A DNA stretch of 62,690 nt, counting the filler, from Nitrospinae bacterium RIFCSPLOWO2_12_FULL_45_22 (GTDB taxonomy: Bacteria > 2-12-FULL-45-22): assembly GCA_001803565.1 (NCBI GenBank). It is 5 parts of 5 records of this genome, joined end to end, with 100 filler letters (N's around TTAATTAATTAA, not from the genome) between each part and the next. Parts side by side here need not be neighbours in the genome. Positions count along the whole stretch, not along the records: positions 31,665 to 44,137 come from MHDQ01000007.1; positions 44,238 to 57,328 come from MHDQ01000008.1; 3 more parts are not named here. One strand, given 5' to 3'. The position numbers and the translations under genes were made by a program. Every line of letters starts with the position of its first letter. Position 1 is the first letter of the stretch. The notes beneath the pieces were generated by a model. That model was not told where the DNA came from. It made no database searches and saw only the letters and a program-made list of their open reading frames with translations. This document shows positions 39,426-48,629 of this stretch, piece after piece.

Positions 39426-40670
39426 TTAGTTAGTAATTACCGTGGCGAAATATTCGTTTATCTTCTCCTTCATTTCGTTACCAGAGGTTATACGGGCATC
39501 GCAAATGTCTCCTCCTATTAACAGTGGAGCGATCCCAAGCTCCTTTTTCAAGGCATCCACTACAATACGGTTAATACCACACATCTGCTTGCAGCCGAAA
39601 TGGCAGAAATAGATAGCCCCATCAATCTGGCAGTCTTGCCACAGTTTAACCAGCCGGTTGAGAGACTGGTTAAAGGACCCATAGATAAGATCGATCCCGC
39701 CAAAGCTCAGCATGCGTCTGGCCACATTTTCAAAAGGATCATTGGTAGATTTATATACCCCATCCCAGGGTTTGAGCCCTAAACCATCAGCTACTATTAC
39801 GGCACCATGTTTCTTCTCTAGCCAATCGAGCAAATTCATCTCAGAGAAAGGAAACCCACCCATCCAGGCTAAGCGATGCCGCTCTTCGACCAGGGGCCCT
39901 TGACCCTTAGTTGCCCGCTCCTGGCCTTCCTCGTAGAGGGCCTTCAAGGCTTTCAGCGTATTAGGCTGTCCTTCGCAGCAGATACGCAGGGCCATCGTAG
40001 ATGAGGCCTCACGGCTCCTTAATGGTGAAGGGGTTATTTTTCGCAAATCTTGAATCTTTTCTACCAGCTCTTGCGATTGCCTGGATATAGCAAGGCTTTG
40101 TTCCAGGGTACTTAGGTCTAATTTTTGTCCGGTATGCTCTTCCAGGAACCTTACCAGCCCTTCAACCTCCGCCTTCAAGTAGGCTACCGCTTCTTCTCCT
40201 ACGCTGTAGGGATAATCAAAAAAATAGGTCGGGCAGCCAAAGAGGTCACTAATTACTTCAAACATCATCACATTAGAGTCACAAGGGGTAGCTACCCCTA
40301 CAATAATGTCGGGGGGCGGTAGTATCCCGGCCTTGACCATGCCTACCACTGCCCGGTTAGGCGAGCACCCCTCGGTAGAAAAGCCCACCCCAGCCCCTAA
40401 ATCCAGATACTCGTAACCGGTCTTCTGGGCTAAGACTTGAATAGCATATTGATCCGGGCCAAAGTGGACAATATCCATTGCCCGGAAGATCTCTAACGGG
40501 GCAATAGGGCTTATCCAGGCCAGGGGTTTCCCACGTTCTTTGGCATGCAGAACCTCGCTTAGATAATCCGTCATGGTTTCTATATAATATTCCTCGCTTA
40601 AGTTAGTGGGGTGGGTACGGCGAAAGGCTAACCTCTTCTCAAACCAAGCTACCATCTGCTCTAATCTCAT
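39426..40670 (-). CDS. 2-hydroxyacyl-CoA dehydratase family subunit (HgdA/BcrB-like)
   Basis: PLEIFRAMD, EGCS, TPCD, HFGCKQ, GDICD; start ATG 40670 with AGGAGG RBS. Confidence 0.85.
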   Translation of the reverse strand: MRLEQMVAWFEKRLAFRRTHPTNLSEEYYIETMTDYLSEVLHAKERGKPLAWISPIAPLEIFRAMDIVHFGPDQYAIQVLAQKTGYEYLDLGAGVGFSTEGCSPNRAVVGMVKAGILPPPDIIVGVATPCDSNVMMFEVISDLFGCPTYFFDYPYSVGEEAVAYLKAEVEGLVRFLEEHTGQKLDLSTLEQSLAISRQSQELVEKIQDLRKITPSPLRSREASSTMALRICCEGQPNTLKALKALYEEGQERATKGQGPLVEERHRLAWMGGFPFSEMNLLDWLEKKHGAVIVADGLGLKPWDGVYKSTNDPFENVARRMLSFGGIDLIYGSFNQSLNRLVKLWQDCQIDGAIYFCHFGCKQMCGINRIVVDALKKELGIAPLLIGGDICDARITSGNEMKEKINEYFATVITN

Positions 40671-40957
40671 AGCTGTTCCTCCTGGTACGGGAAAAATGTC
40701 AGTATAGCATACTTTGCTCAGAGAGATTTGAAACTGGCAAAGGGACAAATAAAAAGCAAAATTTAACTAAAAATAACGTGATAAAACCGATCTGTCAATT
40801 ATCCTTTTCCTATCTTCCTCTGAAGAGGATGCCAATTAGCTATAGTAAATAGTAAAAAGTAGCAGTTGGACAGCCAGTAAAATTATGCTAGGCTATAATG
40901 CAGGTTTAAGTAGTTTTTCATAGATATGTTAGGAATATATAAAGAGGAGACTTAGAG

Positions 40958-41755
40958 ATGGCAGATATACTACGAAGATTATTGAACAGACTTTCAAACT
41001 ATATTATAGAGTATAAAGTCCTCTCTGGTGATGAACTTATGGGCAAAATATCAGAAGAGATAGGCATCCTGGATGAGCAAGAACAAAGAGAGCTGCAAGA
41101 TTTATTAGAGAGTGATGCTAAGCATAAGATATTTCATGGGATAATAGGAGAAGAAACCGGCCTTTCTGTCTTCTGTCCAGACCTGCATGTCAAGATCAAC
41201 TATCTGGGGGAGATATTCTTCTGTCCTCCAACTCATAAGTATATGCAGGCAGAACTCCATAAAGGGTTTCTACGCATTGCCGAGCAGAGAGGCCAAAGCC
41301 TATTGGGCGAGGTGGAGGAGGTTCTTTCTCATTTCTTGAGGCAATTAGAGTACCGCATTTCTCCTCAAGAGGGGCAGTTAGCTGGTTCGTACAAAGAATT
41401 AATCGCCCATAAGGATCAATACCGCTTGAGACTTTATCTATTCTTTTCTATAGTCACGGCTCAAGAGTTCCTGGATAATATTCCCAAGAAAGACGAGGAG
41501 CAGGTTATCATAGTCCCTTCAGAAAGGACACCCGCACCATTTATAAAATTCCTTAGGGAGTCAGAGGATAAGGCCAGGGATAAAGGTCTTTCTGTTTGGG
41601 TAGTAGATATAGAAAATAGAGCTATTAATCCCTTTCTAGGGGTTCCTGTGGACAGAGAAATATGGGCCCATTTTACTGACCCAGAAGCCTCCCTTAGGGC
41701 CATTCAAATGTGGCGCAGTTCTGGGCCATTTAGCCCTTCAGATGGGGATTTCTAA
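40958..41755 (+). CDS. Hypothetical protein
   Basis: 265-aa ORF with GAGGAG RBS; its 3' end overlaps the cooC 3' end. Confidence 0.7.
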   Translation: MADILRRLLNRLSNYIIEYKVLSGDELMGKISEEIGILDEQEQRELQDLLESDAKHKIFHGIIGEETGLSVFCPDLHVKINYLGEIFFCPPTHKYMQAELHKGFLRIAEQRGQSLLGEVEEVLSHFLRQLEYRISPQEGQLAGSYKELIAHKDQYRLRLYLFFSIVTAQEFLDNIPKKDEEQVIIVPSERTPAPFIKFLRESEDKARDKGLSVWVVDIENRAINPFLGVPVDREIWAHFTDPEASLRAIQMWRSSGPFSPSDGDF

Positions 41756-42529
41756 TTTAGTAAGTATTTTCTGGGTGGCCCGAATTGCTGGCGAATCTTC
41801 TGGGAGCCCTATTAATGGCTTGCCTGCCCGATCGTACTGAGTGATATTGTTATCTTCGGGGATAATGCCCAGCAGTTCTATCCCGATTTCCTGGGCCTTT
41901 TGCTGGAATTCCTCTTCTATATTACCAGTAGCCCTATTGAGTACTAAGCAGATACGCTTGAAATGTATCTCTAACTTCTCCGCCAGACCCTTAATCAACC
42001 TGGCAGTTTCCAATCCCCGGTGAGTAGGGTCGGTAACAATTACCATAATATCCACACTCCGCGTCGTCCTTCGGCTCAGGTGCTCTAAGCCGGCCTCACA
42101 ATCAATGATAGTCAAATCAAAGTTATTAGAAATTGTCTCTATAGCGTGTCGGAGAATATCATTTACCAGGCAATAGCATCCTGGTCCTTCGGGTCTTCCT
42201 ATAGCTAATAGAGATATTGTAGGGGCCTTAACTAACATATCCTTTATCTGATAATCTATTATCATATCCGGGGGTATGTCATAACTTGGGGCACTACTTG
42301 GACCCTGGACCAATTCTTCCCTGAGATCCCCAATAGTCTTCCTCGCCCTTAAACCTAACGCTGGTGGGAGGCTGGTAGCAGGATCAGCATCTATAGCCAA
42401 TATATGTCGGCTGTTTTTGCTCAGTAATTTAATCATCATAGCGGAAAAGACGGTCTTGCCGGTTCCTCCCTTACCAGAAACAGCTATAATTGTTCCTTTT
42501 TCACTTTTATTCCCTTTATCAAAGGCCAT
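41738..42529 (-). CDS. cooC: CooC/AcsF-type nickel-insertion ATPase
   Basis: GKGGTGKT, IDADP, EGPGCYC, DCEAGLEHLSRRTT. Confidence 0.9.
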   Translation of the reverse strand: MAFDKGNKSEKGTIIAVSGKGGTGKTVFSAMMIKLLSKNSRHILAIDADPATSLPPALGLRARKTIGDLREELVQGPSSAPSYDIPPDMIIDYQIKDMLVKAPTISLLAIGRPEGPGCYCLVNDILRHAIETISNNFDLTIIDCEAGLEHLSRRTTRSVDIMVIVTDPTHRGLETARLIKGLAEKLEIHFKRICLVLNRATGNIEEEFQQKAQEIGIELLGIIPEDNNITQYDRAGKPLIGLPEDSPAIRATQKILTKLEIPI

Positions 42530-42636
42530 AATAACCTCCCCATTTTATAGTTTATAATCCAAATATTAACCCTATCCGATAACTTGTCAACAAAAAAGCC
42601 CAAAAAGCTGTCGTGGTCACATTTATGAAAGCTGTG

Positions 42637-42715
42637 ACCACCAAAGCACGAAAGAGACCCCAGGACACGAAAAATGACCACCACACCTTGTGTCTTTTTG
42701 TGGTTAAACTGTTAC
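42637..42715. repeat. Palindromic element (ACCAC.AAG.CAC family)
   Basis: ACCACCAAAGCACGAAAG...CTTGTGTCTTTTTGTGGT; related arms at ~37356, ~48568 and 53976. Confidence 0.55.
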
Positions 42716-42760
42716 CTGGTTTTTGAGTTGACATAGGCATTAGTTTGGTATAAAAAATAC

Positions 42761-42906
42761 GTAAGCGTTCAGCTACCAGCCGTCAGCTTTCAGTAAAAAC
42801 AAGGAGATACTAAAACCAGCCTTCCGCTCCTAAGACCGGGACTTGTTCATAACCCGTTGCTTTGTTTGTTTTGCTGACCACTGATAGCTGACGGCTGAAC
42901 GCTTAC
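42761..42906. mobile_element. MITE-like element with 13-bp terminal inverted repeats and 8-bp target duplication
   Basis: GTAAGCGTTCAGC...GCTGAACGCTTAC flanked by AAAAATAC (42753-42760 and 42907-42914). Confidence 0.85.
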
Positions 42907-43085
42907 AAAAATACAATTGACCGAATAAGACCAATTTCTACCAGAAAAGATCTCCGAGACGGTAAAAGCCGGGGATAGCTCCCATAGTTAATATGCAATT
43001 TAGTAGAGGGGAGTCTATGGGTGTAGAGTCTAATCTTTCCCCTGGTCCTTTATTTAGATTCTTTTCCTAGGCCTGTGGGCTTATC

Positions 43086-43781
43086 GTGGTGGGGATAGGA
43101 ATGATTGCCCTGGCCGGATTAACAACCTTTATTGGTTTGGCTTTCTCTTTAGGTTACCTCTATGGTGCGCCATTACTTTATGGTGGGACAACAATACCGA
43201 TGGCGCTCAATACCGCAATTGCATTTTTTGTTCTGGGCCTGGGACTTGTTATCAACAACGTGAGTCATGACATAGCGGAACGGAAGCAAGCCGCAGAAGC
43301 GCTGAGAAAGGCGCATGATGAGTTAGAAATACGAGTTGCAGAGCGGACCGTGGAACTGTCTAAAGCTAATGAAGCATTGCGGGCCGAAATCATTGAACGC
43401 GGGCGTGCAGAAGAGTCGCTGCGCCTGCAAAGCACTGCCCTTGAATCCGCTGCCAACGCCATTGTAATCACCAATCGTGAAGGGACTATCCTCTGGGTCA
43501 ATCCGGCCTTTACCTCCCTGACCGGCTATACGGCTGAGGAGGCCATTGGCCAGAATCCGAGGGTTCTCAAGTCAGGCAAACACGATGCTTCATTCTACAA
43601 GAATCTCTGGGATACCGTCCTCTCCGGGCAGGTCTGGCGCAGCGAGATTATTAACCTCCGTAAGGACGGCAGGCTTTATACAGAGGAGATGACCATTACT
43701 CCAGTCCGGGACGAGCGAGGGGAGATATCACATTTTATTGCCATCAAGCAGAACATCACCCCTCCGGGCCTTCTCATCTAA
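43086..43781 (+). pseudogene. Fragment of a membrane PAS sensor (no output domain)
   Basis: TM segments, coiled coil, one PAS-PAC ending IKQNIT, then an abrupt stop; no clear start or RBS. Confidence 0.65.
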
Positions 43782-43830
43782 ATAAACAACATGTTATCTT
43801 GGTCCGCCCCAAGGGTCAGATCCATTGACC

Positions 43831-44137
43831 TTACTTTTGTATGGCATCCAATGGACTTACAATCTTGGAAATATCCTTTTCCATCACATGGGTGTATATT
43901 TCCGTCGTCTTGACATCAGCATGCCCCATGAGTTCCTGAAGAACCCGGATATTAACCCCATTTTCAAGCATATGAGTTGCAAATGAATGGCGAAACGTAT
44001 GACAACTGACGCGTTTAGTAATCTCAGCACGGTCAACCGCTACCTTGACGGCTTTCTGTAGACCGGACTCCAGGGTGTGATGCCGTCTCTTCACTCCTGA
44101 ACGGGGGTCGATACTCAAATTTTTGGCAGGAAAGACA
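43831..44137 (-). CDS. intI: Integron integrase, C-terminal part (5' lost at contig end)
   Basis: [20 protein letters not shown] (integron-specific insertion), [28 protein letters not shown]. Confidence 0.92.
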
Positions 44138-44237
44138 NNNNNNNNNNNNNNNNNNNNNNNNNNNNNNNNNNNNNNNNNNNNTTAATTAATTAANNNNNNN
44201 NNNNNNNNNNNNNNNNNNNNNNNNNNNNNNNNNNNNN
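44138..44237. other. Artificial contig-joining spacer
   Basis: N44-TTAATTAATTAA-N44. Confidence 0.97.
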
Positions 44238-44276
44238 AAACTATTGGCAGATTTTTTTATTTGTGAACGGTTACTT

Positions 44277-46871
44277 TTATTTTATAATGTTTACCAGCAC
44301 GCTGTCATAATACAACCGGTCAAAATCCGGGGTGCCGTTCATAGTCATATCAACTCCGAAATAGAAGGTATATGTACCTTGAGGTAGTCCTGTCAGCAAG
44401 AGTTCAACAGGAGTAGTCAGATCAATTAAAGGGCCCTGATATGTGACAGAAAAGCCAGGTAGCCAGCCTCCCTGTATCTCGTAGTATTTCAGTCCCGACG
44501 GTGTATCCATTACTAACCACCAATCAGCATTTTCACCTGCATTGCCCCGGGCATCAAGGCTAACCTTAACTGAAAGGACATCATTTGTGCCTATGGTACT
44601 TGGATCATCTGAGCCATTTGCACTTATAGCAGGAACAGGATTATCAATGCCTGTGCCTCCTCCGTATCTAAAGACTCCGCCTCCTTGGGTAGCAACATAG
44701 ATTACCCGATCGTTTATGGCAATGTCTTTGACTGCACGTACCATCAATCCCGACATCTTCGAATCTGGAAATGGTGACCAGGTATTCCCCTTATTCAGGG
44801 ATTGATAAACACCAGAATATAGATCTCCCGCATAGATAATATCAGTATTTTTAGGATCAATGACCAGGGCAGAAATATATGGATTACTAGAATTGAAACC
44901 GCTGTTGTGCGGACCTGTCCAGGATGTACCACCGTCCTTACTTATCCATATCCCCCCAAACAATTCACCGGCAATCAGATAATCTGGTTGTTGTGGCTGA
45001 ATAACCAGGGCTTCGATATGCCTGGTACCAAGGCTATCCAGATGTACCCAGCTTATTGCCCCATTTGTGGTTTTATAGACACCATTTGTCGTAGCTGCAT
45101 AAACGATGGTGGAATTATTAGGATCAACCACTAATCCGTTCACATTGTGGCCATCAATAATAGAGGCCATCGGGGAAAATGTAGCACCAGCATCATTAGA
45201 TTTATAGATGACTGTTCCGATAGAAGGAGAAGAAATAAAGGTAGAGCGATCCTTGGCCAGGCCCGCATAAGCCACATCAGGGGCGGAAGGAGCAAATATC
45301 ATGGTTTTAAATCCCTGGCGCCTATTTGGATCGCTGGGGTTAGTTTCTGGATGCCTGAATACCGTAATAAAATCTTTTCCCCCATTAGCACTGCGTAAAA
45401 TAACGCCTTGATGCTCATCAGCTATCAAAACCAGGTTGGAGTTCGTGGGCTTAACAGCAACCGAATACCATTCGGCGAAATTTGCATCGCCGTTACCAAT
45501 GCCGATCCAATCTCCTCCATAATTAGAGCTTACAAAGGGACCGCTCCTCCCGATTGCATAAACGGTGGAGGAATTACTGGCAGGGATACAGAGGTCGTGA
45601 ATTTCCGCTCCAGAGTAACCCTTACTCCAATCTTTCCAGGTTTCCGACCCATCTGTGGAACGGAAAACACCGCCACCATAATTATTGGCATATAAGACGT
45701 CAGAGTTGACAGGATCAACAATTATATCAATTGGGACCCCGGCTCTAACCCCTGGCGGCCCCCAGTCAGCATCTCCAGGCTTAGAAAAACTGCTCCAGGT
45801 TAACCCTCCATTGTTACTTCGATAGAATGCCCTTGCGCTTCCAGCGTAAACGATATTTGGATTCGAGGGGCTGAAATTCACCGTTGTCATGATATCGTTT
45901 GTGATTACCTTGGTCCAGAAGGCACCTCCATCGGCTGTTTTAAATAATCCACTAACAGGGTTACCCGTGTACTGTCCCGAGCATGCATTATTCCCTGTGG
46001 CGGCAAAGAGAATCTGCGGGTTAGTCGGATGCATTCTCAGGCTTCCAACATACAGATCAGTAAATCCATTATTAATCGGGGTCCAGGTTCCCCCCCCATC
46101 AGTGCTTTTTAAAACACCTACACCACCAGGGAGACTATTTGTACAGTCAGAGTTATATGCCTCTCGATCAAAGATACCGGTGGATAGGTATAGAATATCG
46201 GGGTTGGTGGGGTTGATTATTAGATATCTGGCCAGGTTGTCTCCTTGCCAGATCAGGCTCCAGGATTCTCCACCATCTGTCGTTTTATATACCCGTCCTT
46301 TTACCCGGTTGAATTCCCATCCATTTACATCCGTTGGTATTTCGGCCTGAGCATAAACTACATTTGAGTTATCTTGCTGGATAGTAAATCCCCGGAAAAC
46401 TATCCCGATGTCGTCACCTAGTGTAATACCATTGGTTTTTAATGTCCATGTGGTCCCACCGTCTGTACTTTTGAAAACCCCAAAAGCTGATCCCTCTCCA
46501 TTCGTTCCTGCCCAAATAACATCATGATTATTAGGGTCTATGGTCAAGCTGAAAATATTGACAGCATCTCCTGAGGGGCCACCCTTTATAGAGATACCAG
46601 AATTGGCTTGATACCAGGTCTGTCCGGCGTTGATGCTCTTGGCTACCCCTGCATAATTGTCTGTAACATACATGATACTTTTGTTAGCAGGGTTTATACG
46701 AACATCATATCCCAACCCTCCTAATGGTCCACCAGTACTCACCCATGAAGTCTGGGAAGCAGTTTCATCTGTACATAAAAATAGTAATAGAGCAATAAAG
46801 GACAAAAGAAGTAGTAACCTTCTCAGCTTTAATATATTCTTTTTATGCCTTAAGCCCCTTGTCTGATTCAT
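44277..46871 (-). CDS. Secreted VPS10/BNR (Asp-box) double beta-propeller protein with C-terminal beta-sandwich
   Basis: Signal peptide; many S/TxDGGxTW boxes; C-terminal ADWW...LPQGTYTFYFGVD domain. Confidence 0.85.
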   Translation of the reverse strand: MNQTRGLRHKKNILKLRRLLLLLSFIALLLFLCTDETASQTSWVSTGGPLGGLGYDVRINPANKSIMYVTDNYAGVAKSINAGQTWYQANSGISIKGGPSGDAVNIFSLTIDPNNHDVIWAGTNGEGSAFGVFKSTDGGTTWTLKTNGITLGDDIGIVFRGFTIQQDNSNVVYAQAEIPTDVNGWEFNRVKGRVYKTTDGGESWSLIWQGDNLARYLIINPTNPDILYLSTGIFDREAYNSDCTNSLPGGVGVLKSTDGGGTWTPINNGFTDLYVGSLRMHPTNPQILFAATGNNACSGQYTGNPVSGLFKTADGGAFWTKVITNDIMTTVNFSPSNPNIVYAGSARAFYRSNNGGLTWSSFSKPGDADWGPPGVRAGVPIDIIVDPVNSDVLYANNYGGGVFRSTDGSETWKDWSKGYSGAEIHDLCIPASNSSTVYAIGRSGPFVSSNYGGDWIGIGNGDANFAEWYSVAVKPTNSNLVLIADEHQGVILRSANGGKDFITVFRHPETNPSDPNRRQGFKTMIFAPSAPDVAYAGLAKDRSTFISSPSIGTVIYKSNDAGATFSPMASIIDGHNVNGLVVDPNNSTIVYAATTNGVYKTTNGAISWVHLDSLGTRHIEALVIQPQQPDYLIAGELFGGIWISKDGGTSWTGPHNSGFNSSNPYISALVIDPKNTDIIYAGDLYSGVYQSLNKGNTWSPFPDSKMSGLMVRAVKDIAINDRVIYVATQGGGVFRYGGGTGIDNPVPAISANGSDDPSTIGTNDVLSVKVSLDARGNAGENADWWLVMDTPSGLKYYEIQGGWLPGFSVTYQGPLIDLTTPVELLLTGLPQGTYTFYFGVDMTMNGTPDFDRLYYDSVLVNIIK

Positions 46872-46876
46872 CCTGA

Positions 46877-48541
46877 TTACCTCTTGATTATTAAGTTTTT
46901 TCGAGCAATTTCTATATCGGGTATTTTTAAGCCCTTAGCGTCTAACAAATTTTTATACACCCTGCGATAGAGCAATCTGGTAGTTATGTGGAGTGATCTA
47001 GATAGGGTTTTGGGAACATGAAACTGATAGTTTGAAACATCAGACTGATTGGCAGGAATCCTATCATCAGATTCTACAAGCGTGGGACGCCAATGGGGGG
47101 CTGGATATTCATTTTGAAAGTGCCGCTTCCTTCGCCCATCAGGATAGGGCAATAGATCTTTCAACACCTTAGCAAATCCTTTGCCAGGCAAGCCTGCATA
47201 GTTCCCCTCTTCTACCGTTCCAACTCCACCCCATACCGGCACCCGTTCACCTTTGTTCATCAATAAACTGCTCCCATCTCCATCAACAACATCCACCAGC
47301 AGCAACATATTACGCATGGGATTCCCTGTGGGGTAATGATGGCCTGCTTTAACATTTTTAACCGTTACACATACCTTCAATGTATCCCCTGCCAAATTGG
47401 CCTGGGTGATAAGGTCAATCGCCTCCATCATAAAGACCCTATCTCTGACACCAAAAAACAGATGAGAAGGAATTGTCACCGGATCACGCAAAACCCCGCC
47501 TTCTTTTTCTAAAGCAAAGCGGGTCATTTTGCCATCGGGTTTCATATGGCAATCCTGGCAATGAATATTCTCTTTGGCATAAGAACTTTCAGCCCACTCC
47601 TGAAACTCTGAATAAGTCAAGACATTCCAAAATTTCCCGTTGTGACAAGGTGCGCAGTACTGGCTATTTTTATATAAAGGGTGGTAACTATCATCACCCG
47701 GAAAGACATCATCATACGGCCCATAAAAAGTCTGATGTCCATCGGCTGGCCGTTGTAATTTAATGGATAGAATTCCAGGATATCCGCCCGTCTGGTCAAT
47801 ATTAACACCGTTAATCTTATGACAAATATCGCAAAAAATCCCTTCTTTTACAACTCCTTGGGCCTCATTGGGATCAGCACTAAATGGGTTATCTAGAGCT
47901 AAGGCCGGCACATGACAGGTAGTACAATTCCCATTGGAATTTGGAAAGTCCAGCTTATAGCCTAGCCCAATACCTTTTCCCCCGTAAGCATCAGTTCCAT
48001 TAAAAAAGGCCAAAAATAGGGGATTTATTGCAGAACCGGCGTGAGCGCTGTTTCTCCATTGCTCCGTAAGCACCGGGTGGCATACCTGGCAGGGTTTAAC
48101 TTCTACTGTGCTGTCAATTGGCCTAGGCATTTGATCATGTGAGGGTGGAAGCCATTTATATTTCTGGTTATCACTCAACGGGATAGATATTAATATTATA
48201 CGATACTCTTTGTTTTCCCTGGAAACAGGTTGCCCGCCATTATAAAAGCCAGACTTCCAGGCAGTGATATATTTTGAACTGATAACCTCATCAATAACTA
48301 TGTTAAAATGACCTTTTTGATCAGTTAAAGTTAAAAATGAAGTTCCCTGAAGGCGAACAACTGCGTTGCTAATCGGCTGCCCTTTCACATCAACCACAAT
48401 ACCTGAAAACTGGCTTGCAAAAACTACACTTTGTAAAAAGAATAGCTGGAAAAGAGATAAAGGCAAGTAAGCTTTTCTACTATACTTTCCCACTTCTCCA
48501 TAAAGGAACATGTAGCAAAAGCCTTTGTAAGGACATAGCAA
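46877..48541 (-). CDS. Pentaheme c-type cytochrome with N-terminal carboxypeptidase-regulatory-like domain
   Basis: Five CxxCH motifs (CQVCH, CTTCH, CDICH, CAPCH, CQDCH); GHHYPTG motif; start uncertain. Confidence 0.85.
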   Translation of the reverse strand: MLCPYKGFCYMFLYGEVGKYSRKAYLPLSLFQLFFLQSVVFASQFSGIVVDVKGQPISNAVVRLQGTSFLTLTDQKGHFNIVIDEVISSKYITAWKSGFYNGGQPVSRENKEYRIILISIPLSDNQKYKWLPPSHDQMPRPIDSTVEVKPCQVCHPVLTEQWRNSAHAGSAINPLFLAFFNGTDAYGGKGIGLGYKLDFPNSNGNCTTCHVPALALDNPFSADPNEAQGVVKEGIFCDICHKINGVNIDQTGGYPGILSIKLQRPADGHQTFYGPYDDVFPGDDSYHPLYKNSQYCAPCHNGKFWNVLTYSEFQEWAESSYAKENIHCQDCHMKPDGKMTRFALEKEGGVLRDPVTIPSHLFFGVRDRVFMMEAIDLITQANLAGDTLKVCVTVKNVKAGHHYPTGNPMRNMLLLVDVVDGDGSSLLMNKGERVPVWGGVGTVEEGNYAGLPGKGFAKVLKDLLPYPDGRRKRHFQNEYPAPHWRPTLVESDDRIPANQSDVSNYQFHVPKTLSRSLHITTRLLYRRVYKNLLDAKGLKIPDIEIARKNLIIKR

Positions 48542-48629
48542 TACTCCGTCCCTACTTTTGGGATTCCTTCGTGTCTTTTCGTGACTAAAGAGTTACCAAG
48601 GATTTTATTTTCTGAACCTTCTACTAGAT

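Noticed and set aside
42950-43025. Possible Moco/Wco riboswitch (CTCCGAG...CTCCCAT...GGGGAG)
   Set aside because: The core helices could not be built convincingly and the downstream gene is an unrelated fragment; an Rfam search would decide
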